Below are positions 38,242 to 47,814 of a DNA stretch of 64,000 nt, piece by piece. Positions within the stretch are counted from its first letter, which is position 1. Each line of letters begins with the position of its first letter. Location of the stretch: contig JBEKCB010000004.1 of assembly GCA_050015075.1 (NCBI GenBank), positions 32,001-96,000 of the forward strand, in the 5' to 3' direction. The notes beneath the pieces were generated by a model. That model was not told the origin of the DNA. It saw only the letters and a program-made list of their open reading frames with translations, and made no database searches. The DNA is from Candidatus Brocadiia bacterium. Lineage in GTDB: Bacteria; Planctomycetota; Brocadiia; CAIUPP01. The position numbers were made by a program, and so were the translations under genes.

Positions 38242-38573
38242 GAAGCGTGTTCATGGTGCGCAACGAGCATCTCACGCATCAAGGCCACCTCTTCGGCGGC
38301 GACCTTATGGCGGAGATTGACACGGTCGGCTACTGCCTGCTTCGGAAGAAATTCGGCAACAAAACGCTCGTCACGCGCGCCGCCGAGATCAGCTTCGAGC
38401 ATCCCGCGCATCCGGGCGACGTGATCACGTTCGACGCGAAAGTCGCGCGCGTCGGCAACACGTCGGTCGTGGTCGAGGTCACAGGCTCAGTCAACAAGCG
38501 GCGCATTTCCAGCGCAAAGCTGGTCTACGTGAACCTGGGCCCCGACGACCGTAAAGCGCCGATTCGGTCTTGA
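38238..38573 (+). CDS. Acyl-CoA thioesterase (hotdog fold)
   Basis: GHLFGGDLMAEID and VGNTS motifs; ATGA coupling. Confidence 0.88.
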   Translation: MRSVFMVRNEHLTHQGHLFGGDLMAEIDTVGYCLLRKKFGNKTLVTRAAEISFEHPAHPGDVITFDAKVARVGNTSVVVEVTGSVNKRRISSAKLVYVNLGPDDRKAPIRS

Positions 38574-38670
38574 GCGCCCCAATTCGAGGTTCAGCGAGAC
38601 AACGACGGCCCTACTTTTCGGCGCTATTTACTGACAATGGTAGGTGATTGTCCCAAGTTCTAATTAATTA

Positions 38671-39300
38671 TCAGGTGGGCCTCTTCGGAATCCCGTGCTT
38701 ATCATAAACTCTGCCTTTGTCCACATCAGCCCAATGGCTATGAGAGAAGGTAGGCGCCTCCCGGTCGAACTCTTTCAGTATCTCCTTTCTTACGTCCTTC
38801 CAAAGCTCAAAAATCTTTTTCCGACAAGTGGCAGCGTTGCTCGGGTTAAAATCGGCTCCATAACCAAGCTCTTCAATAAGTCCAAAAATGTCCTTGATCG
38901 GTTCAAAAGGATAGAGGCCACCATAGCCATCAGTCTCCGACAGATTCTTGAAGACGCCTCGAACTTCATCAATGGCGATGCTGAGATTGGTCAGTACCGA
39001 ACTAAACTGATCCTCAGTCGGTTTGCTCAAGTGCGTGTATTGCAGTGCCTGCTGAACAGCTTCCACTAGCTTCGACCACAAAGTTCGGAGTTGCTGCTTA
39101 TAGGAATGCCTGCGCTGAACGCAATACCCCAACCATGCCGCCGCGATGCCCAAGAACAGCGGCGTCAAATCCTTAAATGTCCCAAAGACGACGCGTTCTT
39201 TTGTGCTATCGAGAGCGCTTATCAGCACGCCCACGACGATCAAACCGCCAAAGGCCAGTATTGCCGTTGCAAACGCTTTTTTTATGGACTTCTTGGTCAC
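38671..39300 (-). CDS. AT-rich hypothetical protein with two N-terminal TM helices
   Basis: 209-aa ORF with composition distinct from its neighbours. Confidence 0.7.
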   Translation of the reverse strand: MTKKSIKKAFATAILAFGGLIVVGVLISALDSTKERVVFGTFKDLTPLFLGIAAAWLGYCVQRRHSYKQQLRTLWSKLVEAVQQALQYTHLSKPTEDQFSSVLTNLSIAIDEVRGVFKNLSETDGYGGLYPFEPIKDIFGLIEELGYGADFNPSNAATCRKKIFELWKDVRKEILKEFDREAPTFSHSHWADVDKGRVYDKHGIPKRPT

Positions 39301-39344
39301 AGGTATTCAGTGGCCTTGTATAGTTGGTGCAAGTTCACCCATTA

Positions 39345-40748
39345 TTAGGCCCGCTTCCATCTCGTCCCGCCGGCGGAGTCCTCGAGGATGATGCCCTTGG
39401 CTTTGAGTTGGTTGCGGATGTCGTCGGAGGTTTTGAAGTCGCGCATGGCGCGGGCTTCTTCGCGGCGGAGGATGAGGGACTCGATCTCGGCGTCGGGGGA
39501 TTCCTCTTTCTCCTCGCCGAGGACGCCAATGACTTTGTCGAAACTCGCGAGCAGCGCGGCGGCCTGGTCGGCGCCGGCGGGGCTGAGTTCGAGCTTGTTC
39601 ACGTCGCGCAGCATGTCGAAGAGCGCGGCGAGCGCGGCGGAGGTGTTGAGGTCGTCGGCCAGCGCGGCGTCGAAGCCGGTTTTCCCCTTTTCCAGCGCCG
39701 CGGCCAGTTCGGGCGGATCGGCTTTCGCGGCGGATTCCTTCAGCCGAATCCGGAAGTCCTTCAGCCTGCGGATGGAGGTCTTCGCGGCCTCGACGCTTTC
39801 CAGCGTGAAGTTGAGCGGTTGGCGGTAGTGCGTGCTGATGAGGACGTAGCGCACGGCCATCGGATCGCAGCCCTTTTCGAGCAGGTCGCGCAGGGTGAAG
39901 AAGTTCCCGAGCGATTTGGACATTTTCTGCCCGTTGACGAGCAGGAACCGCGCGTGCATCCAGTACTTGACCCACGGGACTTTGCCGGTGGCGCCTTCGG
40001 ACTGCGCGATCTCGGATTCGTGGTGCGGGAAGATGTTGTCCTCGGCGCCGGTGTGGATGTCGAACTGCTCTCCGAGGTACTTGCCGGACATGGCGGAGCA
40101 CTCGATGTGCCAACCGGGAAAGCCGCGGCTCCACGGGCTGTCCCACTGCATGATATGCTTCGGGTCCTGCTTCCACAGGGCGAAGTCGGCCGGATGGCGC
40201 TTCTCGGGGTTGATTTCGATGCGCGCCCCGGCTTCGAGCTGCTCGATCGTGTTGCCGCTCAGCCGGCCGTAGCGCGGGAAGGAGGCGATGTCGTAGTAGA
40301 CGTTGCCGTTGACGACGTAGGCGTGCCCGTTCGCGATGAGGCGCTCGATCAGCGCGATCATCTCCGGAATGTGCTCGGTCGCGCGCGGGTATTTGAAGGC
40401 AGGCTCGATGTTGAGCGTCCGAATGTCCTCGAGAAAGGCCTTCATATAGAATTCGGCGATCTGCCACGGGTCTTTCCGCTGCTCGCGCGCGGCCTTGGCC
40501 ATCTTGTCCTCGCCCTCGTCGGCGTCGCTGGTCATGTGGCCGACGTCGGTGATGTTCATGATCTGCGTGACGGCGCAGCCGAAGTGCTCCAGCGTCCGCC
40601 GCAGCACGTCGGCGAAGACGAAGGCGCGGGCGTTGCCGATGTGGGCGAAGTTATAGACCGTCGGGCCGCAGTTATACATGCGGACCTTGCCCGGCTCGAT
40701 CGGCTCGAACTCCTCTTTGCGTCGCGTGTACGTGTTGAAGACCTTCAC
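39345..40748 (-). CDS. cysS: Cysteine--tRNA ligase
   Basis: CGPTVY, HIGN, PGWHIECS, FPHHE and KMSKS motifs. Confidence 0.97.
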   Translation of the reverse strand: MKVFNTYTRRKEEFEPIEPGKVRMYNCGPTVYNFAHIGNARAFVFADVLRRTLEHFGCAVTQIMNITDVGHMTSDADEGEDKMAKAAREQRKDPWQIAEFYMKAFLEDIRTLNIEPAFKYPRATEHIPEMIALIERLIANGHAYVVNGNVYYDIASFPRYGRLSGNTIEQLEAGARIEINPEKRHPADFALWKQDPKHIMQWDSPWSRGFPGWHIECSAMSGKYLGEQFDIHTGAEDNIFPHHESEIAQSEGATGKVPWVKYWMHARFLLVNGQKMSKSLGNFFTLRDLLEKGCDPMAVRYVLISTHYRQPLNFTLESVEAAKTSIRRLKDFRIRLKESAAKADPPELAAALEKGKTGFDAALADDLNTSAALAALFDMLRDVNKLELSPAGADQAAALLASFDKVIGVLGEEKEESPDAEIESLILRREEARAMRDFKTSDDIRNQLKAKGIILEDSAGGTRWKRA

Positions 40749-40759
40749 GGGGCGGCTTC

Positions 40760-41929
40760 CTATTTGCCGGTGATCTCGAGTTGGACCGCCGGTTCGCCGA
40801 CGGACCAGAGGTACATGAAGCGCGGCGTTTCGTCGGCGGCCCGGCCGCCCAGCCGCAGCGCCAGGCCCTGCGCCGGCGGAGCGGAGGAGCGCGCCAACAG
40901 CGTCGCGAGCAGGCCCGCCTTGCGCCGATAGGTGACGACGCGCGTCTCGTCGCGCTTGATCTTCGCCTGGTCGCACGCCGCGCGAACGGCGTCCTCGAAA
41001 TAACCGATTTCGTCCACGAACCCGATCTCCTTCGCGCGTTGGCCGGTGAAGACGCTGCCGTCGCAGTATTTCACGAGTTCCTCGCGCGTCATTTTGACGC
41101 CGCGCGCGGTCATCCCGTCGAGCACGATGCCGACGAAGCGGTCGTAATAGTCGTTGACGATGGACTGGAGCATCTGGTGCTCTTCGGGCGTCAGATCGCG
41201 GAAGACGGACCCGACGTCCTTCATCGCGCCGGACTTGATCGGGCGCGCCTTGACGCCGATTTTGAGGAACAGGTCCTCCATGCCGATCAGCGGCATGATG
41301 ACGCCGATGGAGCCGGTGACGGTGGTCGGATGCGCGACGATCCGCTGCGAGGCGGAGGCGACGTAGTACGCGCCGGAGGCCGCCACGTCGCCGAAGATCG
41401 TGACGACGTCTTTGCCGGTCTGCTCGTGGAACTCCTTCAACTCGTGATAGATCACGTCGCTGGCGGTGATGCCGCCGCCGGGGCTGTCAATGTCGAGCAA
41501 CAGCACCTTCACCTGCGGGTCCCTGCGGGCGGCGCGCAGCGCGTCGTGGATCGTCGCCACCATTCCCGGCTCCGACGAGAAGAGGCTCGAGCGCGGCATG
41601 TCCGCGATCATGCCGCTGATGGGCACCAGGAGGACCTTGTTCGGGCCGTGCCCTTCAATCGTCTGCTCGACCAGTTGCGTCTCCTCGCTGCTGCCATCGG
41701 CGAGGACCTCCGTTCCGCTGCGGGACGTCAGGACGCCGGCGAGGCCGATCACGAGGAGTACCGTGCAGCCGAAGAACAACACGGCGAGCCCGGCGACGAT
41801 CCAGAAAAGGCAGCCGGTCCGAGACTTCTTCAGCGGCGGGTTCGGCGGCGGCGACGGTTGAGGCGGCTGAGCCGGCGCGCCGGGCGGCGGCGCGTTCGCG
41901 GGCTGAGCGGACGGGTATTGAGAGTCCAT
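40760..41929 (-). CDS. sppA: Signal peptide peptidase SppA
   Basis: DSPGG, AASGAYY, GSIGV and KSG..KD motifs. Confidence 0.92.
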   Translation of the reverse strand: MDSQYPSAQPANAPPPGAPAQPPQPSPPPNPPLKKSRTGCLFWIVAGLAVLFFGCTVLLVIGLAGVLTSRSGTEVLADGSSEETQLVEQTIEGHGPNKVLLVPISGMIADMPRSSLFSSEPGMVATIHDALRAARRDPQVKVLLLDIDSPGGGITASDVIYHELKEFHEQTGKDVVTIFGDVAASGAYYVASASQRIVAHPTTVTGSIGVIMPLIGMEDLFLKIGVKARPIKSGAMKDVGSVFRDLTPEEHQMLQSIVNDYYDRFVGIVLDGMTARGVKMTREELVKYCDGSVFTGQRAKEIGFVDEIGYFEDAVRAACDQAKIKRDETRVVTYRRKAGLLATLLARSSAPPAQGLALRLGGRAADETPRFMYLWSVGEPAVQLEITGK

Positions 41930-41980
41930 CGGCGCACCTCCGGAGACCGTTGAGGCGGGATTGCCCATTCCTGAGCGCTG

Positions 41981-42010
41981 ATTATAGTTTGGTCTCGTGA
42001 AAGGTGTCAA
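41981..42010 (-). promoter_or_regulatory. sppA-cysS promoter
   Basis: TTGACA-N18-TATAAT. Confidence 0.7.
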
Positions 42011-42050
42011 ACAGCGGCGCGGTTCCGCTCTCGGCACGCGGTTTGCGAGT

Positions 42051-42079
42051 TTGACACCTTGCGCGGGGTCGGCTAGAAT
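42051..42079 (+). promoter_or_regulatory. ffs/dnaX promoter
   Basis: TTGACA-N17-TAGAAT. Confidence 0.75.
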
Positions 42080-42131
42080 CCAGACAGAAGTCGAGCGCCG
42101 CGCGTGAAGACGCGGCGCTGAGAGGTGGAGA

Positions 42132-42401
42132 GGCCGTGCTAGATGGGGAGCTGGCGGTACCCTAACAAACCTGCAACCCGCCCAGCAGGGTCGAAGCCTT
42201 TCAGAGATTCGATCGTTCTGTACCGTTGTCATGCGAGGTGGCGTCGAGAGTCGGGTCCCATGCAATAGCGGCCTGTGAACCGGGTCAGGTCCGGAAGGAA
42301 GCATCCCTAAGCGGGTACCGCTATGTGCCGTGGGGCAACCTGGCTGGAGCTAACCGGCATGGCGGCGCTCAGGGCGTAGAACCGAGGAAAGGCGCACGGC
42401 C
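42132..42401 (+). ncRNA. ffs: Large bacterial SRP RNA (Alu + S domain)
   Basis: GGCCGTGC...GCACGGCC closing helix, Bacillus-like Alu 5' domain, TCAGGTCCGGAAGGAAGCA domain IV, located upstream of dnaX. Confidence 0.93.
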
Positions 42402-42459
42402 TTTTCACTTGTTCGCCCGGCCGCGGCCGAGGCGCGAAACCGAAACTGTCGGAATGGTT

Positions 42460-44118
42460 ATGGGTTATCTGGTTCTGGCGCGAAAATACCGTCCCGGGAC
42501 GTTCGAGGGTTTCGTCGGGCAGGATATCATCGCCGAGACCCTCAAGAACGCGATCAAGCTGGACCGCGTGGCGCACGCATACCTCTTCTGCGGGCCGCGC
42601 GGCGTCGGGAAGACCTCGATGGCGCGCGTCTTCGCCAAGGCGCTCAACTGCGTCAAGGGCCCCACCGACAAGCCTTGCGACAAGTGCGAGCAGTGCACCG
42701 CCATCTCCTCCGGCCAGGACGTGGACGTCATCGAGATTGACGGCGCCTCGAACAACGGCGTGGAAGAAGTGCGCGACATCACTCAGAATTCCCGCTACGC
42801 GCCCGCGCATTCGCGCTTCAAAATCTACTACGTTGACGAAGTCCACATGCTCAGCATTTCAGCTTTCAACGCGCTGCTCAAGACGCTCGAGGAGCCGCCG
42901 CAGCATGTGAAGTTCATCTTCGCCACCACCGCGGCGTCCAAGCTGCCGGAGACGATCCTCTCGCGCGTGCAGCGCTTCGACTTCCGCCGCATCTCCAACC
43001 TGGACATCGTCAAGAAGCTCACGGAGATCTGCAAGGCCGAGAAACTGGCGGTGCCCGCCGACGTGATGGCGCTGACGGCCCGGCGCGCGCGCGGCAGCAT
43101 GCGCGATGCGCTCAGCCTGCTTGACCAGATCATCTCCTTCTGCGGCGGCAAGCCGGACCGCGACGCGGTCGCCGGACTCCTCGGCGCGCTCGGCGACGAC
43201 GAGATGGCGCGTCTGCTGAAGTTGATCTGCGAGAAGGACGCCGCCGGACTGCTCAAGACGGCCTCGGAACTGCTCGCGCGCGGGATGGACGTCGGCGATC
43301 TGCTCGATCAGATGACCGGCTACGTCCGCGACGTGCTCGTCGGCCAGAGCTGCGGCGCCGACGCGGACCTGCTCGATCGCGCGCCGGAAGGCGCTGCCGC
43401 GATCGTCGCCGTGGGAAAGGGCCTTTCCGCCGACCAACTGCTGTACATCGCGGAGATCCTCAACGGCGCGCGGCGCCGCATCCGCGAAGGACAGGACGAC
43501 CGGATCGTGCTGGAAATGGCGCTGGTGAAGCTCGCGCAGTCGGACGGCCTCGCTTCCGTCGGCGAGCTGATCGAGAGACTGACGGCGCTGGAAGAAGGCG
43601 GCGGGAAACCCGCGGCGGCCTCGCCTCCGCCGCGCGCGACGGCCGCTCCCTATGGGAACGCGCAGGCTCCAGCTTCGCGCCCGGCAGGAAGTCCACAGCG
43701 GCCCAGCCCGCCGGCCTCGCGGCCGACGGAGAGCGACGAGGGACCCGACGCCGCCGCCGCGGTCCGCGAAGATGCGCCCGCAGACGCCGCTGATCTCTGG
43801 CGCCGGTTCCTCGACGAGGTGCACAAGAACTCCTGGCTCTATGCCCAAGTCGCCGCCGGGCGCTTGCAGCGCGCCAAGGACGGAGAGATCGTCATCGCGT
43901 TCCCGTCCGACCGCGCCGCCGCCCGCGAAGAGGCCGACAAGCTCGAGAACCGCCGCAAGCTCCAGCAGATTTTTGCGCGCTTATTGAATCAACCGGTGAA
44001 ACTGACGATTGTAACTGTGCAGGGCGAACCTGCCCGGCAGTCCCCTGCCGCGGCGGGGAAAAGCGACGAGATCGTCCAGGAGATAATGCAGAAATACGAC
44101 GGCCAGATTATATCGTGA
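42460..44118 (+). CDS. dnaX: DNA polymerase III gamma/tau
   Basis: ARKYRP, GPRGVGKT, EIDGASN, DEVHML and LLKTLEEPP motifs. Confidence 0.97.
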   Translation: MGYLVLARKYRPGTFEGFVGQDIIAETLKNAIKLDRVAHAYLFCGPRGVGKTSMARVFAKALNCVKGPTDKPCDKCEQCTAISSGQDVDVIEIDGASNNGVEEVRDITQNSRYAPAHSRFKIYYVDEVHMLSISAFNALLKTLEEPPQHVKFIFATTAASKLPETILSRVQRFDFRRISNLDIVKKLTEICKAEKLAVPADVMALTARRARGSMRDALSLLDQIISFCGGKPDRDAVAGLLGALGDDEMARLLKLICEKDAAGLLKTASELLARGMDVGDLLDQMTGYVRDVLVGQSCGADADLLDRAPEGAAAIVAVGKGLSADQLLYIAEILNGARRRIREGQDDRIVLEMALVKLAQSDGLASVGELIERLTALEEGGGKPAAASPPPRATAAPYGNAQAPASRPAGSPQRPSPPASRPTESDEGPDAAAAVREDAPADAADLWRRFLDEVHKNSWLYAQVAAGRLQRAKDGEIVIAFPSDRAAAREEADKLENRRKLQQIFARLLNQPVKLTIVTVQGEPARQSPAAAGKSDEIVQEIMQKYDGQIIS

Positions 44119-44180
44119 GCCGCCGGAACGCGCGTTGAACGCGCTTTTGCAGTGACCGACAGGACAAGGGAGGATCGCAG

Positions 44181-44516
44181 ATGGCGAAAGGCTTTGGTGG
44201 GATGGGCGGCGGTTTCCAGGATATGCACCGGCAGGCCGAGATGATGCAGAAACGGCTGATGGACTTGCAGAACGACCTCAAGGAGCGCGTCTATGAAGGC
44301 ACCGCCGGCGGCGGGACCGTCACCGTGCACGTCAACGGGCAGCGCGACATCCTTGCGGTCAAAATCGCCCGCGAGGCGGTGGATCCCGACGAGGTGGAGA
44401 TGCTCGAGGACCTCGTCAAAGTCGCTGTCTCCCAGGCCATGAAGAAAGCCGCCGACGCGCACGCCGAAGCGATGTCGAAAATCACCGGCGGGATCGGCAT
44501 CCCGGGAATGTTCTAA
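44181..44516 (+). CDS. ybaB: YbaB/EbfC nucleoid-associated protein
   Basis: GTAGGGTV and DPDEVEMLEDL motifs; synteny between dnaX and recR. Confidence 0.95.
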   Translation: MAKGFGGMGGGFQDMHRQAEMMQKRLMDLQNDLKERVYEGTAGGGTVTVHVNGQRDILAVKIAREAVDPDEVEMLEDLVKVAVSQAMKKAADAHAEAMSKITGGIGIPGMF

Positions 44517-44518
44517 CG

Positions 44519-45118
44519 ATGGATGCATTCACCGATTCGATGAAGCGGCTGGTTGAGGCGTTCGGGCGCATGCCCGGCATCGGCCAGCGCACGGCGGAGC
44601 GGCTGACGTATTACGTCCTGCGCGCGCCCAAGGGCGAGATGGAGCGCCTGGCGCAGGACATCCGCGACGTGAAGGAAAAGGTCGGGCACTGCTCGCAGTG
44701 CCACAACATCACCGAGACCGACCCGTGCCGACTCTGCGCGGACCCGCGGCGGGACGCGAGCGTCGTCTGCGTCGTCGAAGAGCCGAAGGACGTGTTCGCC
44801 ATCGAGGCGGCCGGCAGCTTCCGCGGGCTGTACCATGTGCTCATGGGACGCATTGCGCCGCTCGACGGCGTCGGGCCGGAATCGCTGGAGATCGCTTCGC
44901 TTCTCGAAAGAGTCAAGCGCGGGACGATCAAAGAGGTTATCATGGCGACGAACCCGAACCTGGAAGGCGACGGCACGGCGCTGTTTCTGAGCCGGAAGCT
45001 TTCGGAACTGGGCGTGCGCGTGACGCGCCTGGCGCGCGGGCTGGCCCCGGGCAGCGCGATCGAGCACGCCAACACCGCCATCCTGTCCGAGGCGCTCGCC
45101 GGTCGAAAAGAGATGTAG
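44519..45118 (+). CDS. recR: Recombination mediator RecR
   Basis: MPGIGQRTAER, C4 zinc finger, ATNPNLEGDGT Toprim. Confidence 0.97.
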   Translation: MDAFTDSMKRLVEAFGRMPGIGQRTAERLTYYVLRAPKGEMERLAQDIRDVKEKVGHCSQCHNITETDPCRLCADPRRDASVVCVVEEPKDVFAIEAAGSFRGLYHVLMGRIAPLDGVGPESLEIASLLERVKRGTIKEVIMATNPNLEGDGTALFLSRKLSELGVRVTRLARGLAPGSAIEHANTAILSEALAGRKEM

Positions 45119-45130
45119 GGAGAACCGAAC

Positions 45131-46564
45131 GTGGGCCGAATGGAAATCAGCATGCAGCCGCGCCTCGAGCAGCGGCTGAAGATGGCGCCGCAGATCATTC
45201 AGTCCATCGAGATCCTGCAGCTGCCGCTCATGGCGCTGCAGGAACGCATCGAGCAGGAGCAACTCGAAAATCCGACCCTCGAGCTCGAGGAGGAGTCCGA
45301 TCCCGAAGGGCTCGAACGGCCCGTCGCGCTCACCCGCGCCGAGACTGCCGAGCAGACCGACAAGTACAGCAGGATTGACGACGCCTCGCACGATTTCCAC
45401 GACTACTTCTCGCAGACCGCGTCGCGGCGGCCGTCCGGCGACGGCGAGCGCGATGAGAAGATGGAAGCGATCCAGAACACGCCGGGCCGGCAGCCCTCGC
45501 TGCGCGATCACCTCTCCGAGCAGATCCGGTTCCTCGATCTCTCCGCGCGCCGGCGCGAGATCTGCGAGGGCGTCATCAACAACCTTGACCGCGACGGGCG
45601 GCTCGCCTACTCGGTTGACGAGATCGCGGAATCGCTCGACCAGCCCGCGACGGCGCAGGAAGTCGAGGCGGCGCTGGAGGTCGTGCAGCGGCTCGATCCG
45701 GCCGGCGTCGGCGCCCGCAACCTGGTCGAATGCCTGCTCCTCCAGCTCGACCCCGCCGAGCCGGACTACGCGCTCGAGCGCGAGATTGTCCTCCACCACC
45801 TCAAGGACATCGAAGGGAACCGCTTTCCGAAGATCGCCAAAGAGACCGACCGCGACATCGAGGACGTGAAGCGCGCCATCGCGGCGGTCTGCCTTCTCCA
45901 TCCCGCGCCCGGCCGGATTTACGACAACGAGGTCGTGCCGATCGTCGCGCCGGACGTCTTCGTCGAGTTCGTGGACGATCACTACGAAATCCGCCTCGAC
46001 GACACCACGCTGCCGCGCCTGCGCATCAGCCAGCAGTACCGCGAACTGCTCTCCGGCAAAGGCCTGGAGGTGGAGGCGCGGCAATTCCTGCAGCGGAAAA
46101 TGGAGTCCGCCCGCTGGCTGATTGACTCGATCCAGCAACGCCGCAAGACGCTGCTCAAGGTGAGCCACGACATCGTCCGCGCGCAGCAGGAGTTCCTGGA
46201 AAAGGGCCTCTCGCACCTGCGGCCGCTCAAGATGCAGGAAGTGGCCGACACGGCCGGCATCCACGTCGCCACCGTCAGCCGCGCCATCCGCCACAAGTAC
46301 ATGCAGACGCCGCGCGGCCTGCTGCCGATGAAGTTCTTCTTCACCGGCGGCACGCTCTCCGGCGAGGGCGAGATGCAGACCTGGGACGCGGTCAAGGAGC
46401 GCATCAAGCGACTCGTCGAGGACGAGGACAAGGTGAATCCGCTCAGCGATGACGATATCGTGAAAAAGCTCGGCGACGGGGGCGTCCATATCGCGCGGAG
46501 GACGGTGACGAAGTACCGCAAGTCGCTCAACATTCCCACCTCGCGCCAGCGCAAGAATTACTGA
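45131..46564 (+). CDS. rpoN: RNA polymerase sigma-54
   Basis: Gln/Leu-rich region I, DPAGVGARNL and ARRTVTKYR RpoN box. Confidence 0.96.
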   Translation: MGRMEISMQPRLEQRLKMAPQIIQSIEILQLPLMALQERIEQEQLENPTLELEEESDPEGLERPVALTRAETAEQTDKYSRIDDASHDFHDYFSQTASRRPSGDGERDEKMEAIQNTPGRQPSLRDHLSEQIRFLDLSARRREICEGVINNLDRDGRLAYSVDEIAESLDQPATAQEVEAALEVVQRLDPAGVGARNLVECLLLQLDPAEPDYALEREIVLHHLKDIEGNRFPKIAKETDRDIEDVKRAIAAVCLLHPAPGRIYDNEVVPIVAPDVFVEFVDDHYEIRLDDTTLPRLRISQQYRELLSGKGLEVEARQFLQRKMESARWLIDSIQQRRKTLLKVSHDIVRAQQEFLEKGLSHLRPLKMQEVADTAGIHVATVSRAIRHKYMQTPRGLLPMKFFFTGGTLSGEGEMQTWDAVKERIKRLVEDEDKVNPLSDDDIVKKLGDGGVHIARRTVTKYRKSLNIPTSRQRKNY

Positions 46565-46706
46565 GCCGCGCGCGGGAATGTCAGGAGAGAGCCATGGCAG
46601 TCACGATACGTCCCGGCAAGATGAAGATTTCGGACAAACTCCGTACTCGCAAATCTTCTCTTTGCGATTGGCCTGACGCGAAGCGCTCGATCAGAGAGCG
46701 CGAGAG

Positions 46707-47717
46707 ATGAAGGTCCAGCGCCCGGCGTTCTGGATCGCTGTCGCCGCCTGCTGTGTGACTCTGGTCGCTTCCCTCCTTGGAGCCCTCCTGCGCGGCGACC
46801 TGCAATCGGGCGCGCCTTGGACGCGCGACGTGGTTGCCATTGTCTGCCTGGTTGCGGCTGTATGCGCGGCAGTCTATCTCGTGTTCCGGGGTCTCGCAGC
46901 GCAAGAACTGGATCGGGAACGCCGCGCTGCCGAACTCGAGCGGCGCCATGCCGAAATGGCGCGCGAAAAGCATTTCCTCGCCGGCGACCTTGAAACCGCC
47001 CGCGGCATCCAGCGCATGTTCCTGCCCGATCTCATGAAGAGCCCGTTCCCGCAGCAGCTTGCCTTCGCGCACGTCTTCCTGCCCGAGATGGCCGTCGGCG
47101 GAGATTATTACGACCTCAAGCAGCTCGACGATCACCGCGTCGCGCTCCTAATGGCTGACGTCTCCGGGCACGGCATGTCGGCGGCGTTCATCACCGGCTT
47201 GATCAAGACCACCTTCGAGTTCGGCTGGTCGCCCGAGCAGAGCCCGCACGAGTTCATGGCGCGGCTGAACAACGTCCTCGAACGCCTGACGCCGTCCAGC
47301 AGCTTCGCCGCGGTGGCGTTCGCGATCTACGACGTGGCCGCGCACGAGCTGCGTTACAGCAACGCCGGTCATAACCCCGCGCCGATCCTCGTCCGGGGCT
47401 CCACCGGCGAAGTCGAGTGGCTCGACGATTGGGTGGACCTGCTCGCCGGCGTCAACCCCGACATGAAGTACCAGGAAGACCGCCTGCCGCTCTCGCCCGG
47501 CGATAAATTCGTCCTCTGCACCGACGGCATCACCGACATCCCGAACGCGGCCGGCGAGCGGCTCGGGTTCCACCGCCTGTACGATTGCCTCCGCGAAAAC
47601 GCCGAACTCTCCGCCGCCAAGCTCCTCGAAGCCATCGTCGCCGCCGTAACCGCCCACGCCAACGGCCTGCCCCGCACGGACGATCAGACGATATTGATTA
47701 TGGAAGTTCTTAAGTAA
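46707..47717 (+). CDS. Membrane PP2C/SpoIIE (RsbU-like) phosphatase
   Basis: Two TM helices; VGGDYYD, ADVSGHG, NAGH, TDGI and DDQT motifs. Confidence 0.92.
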   Translation: MKVQRPAFWIAVAACCVTLVASLLGALLRGDLQSGAPWTRDVVAIVCLVAAVCAAVYLVFRGLAAQELDRERRAAELERRHAEMAREKHFLAGDLETARGIQRMFLPDLMKSPFPQQLAFAHVFLPEMAVGGDYYDLKQLDDHRVALLMADVSGHGMSAAFITGLIKTTFEFGWSPEQSPHEFMARLNNVLERLTPSSSFAAVAFAIYDVAAHELRYSNAGHNPAPILVRGSTGEVEWLDDWVDLLAGVNPDMKYQEDRLPLSPGDKFVLCTDGITDIPNAAGERLGFHRLYDCLRENAELSAAKLLEAIVAAVTAHANGLPRTDDQTILIMEVLK

Positions 47718-47814
47718 CCTCAGTCCACTAATTACTCCACTCACCGAGCGCCTTCGTCGCCTGCCGTCAAGTCTCGCGCCAGCGGAGCTTTCCCATGCAG
47801 CCCCGGGTGGGAAC

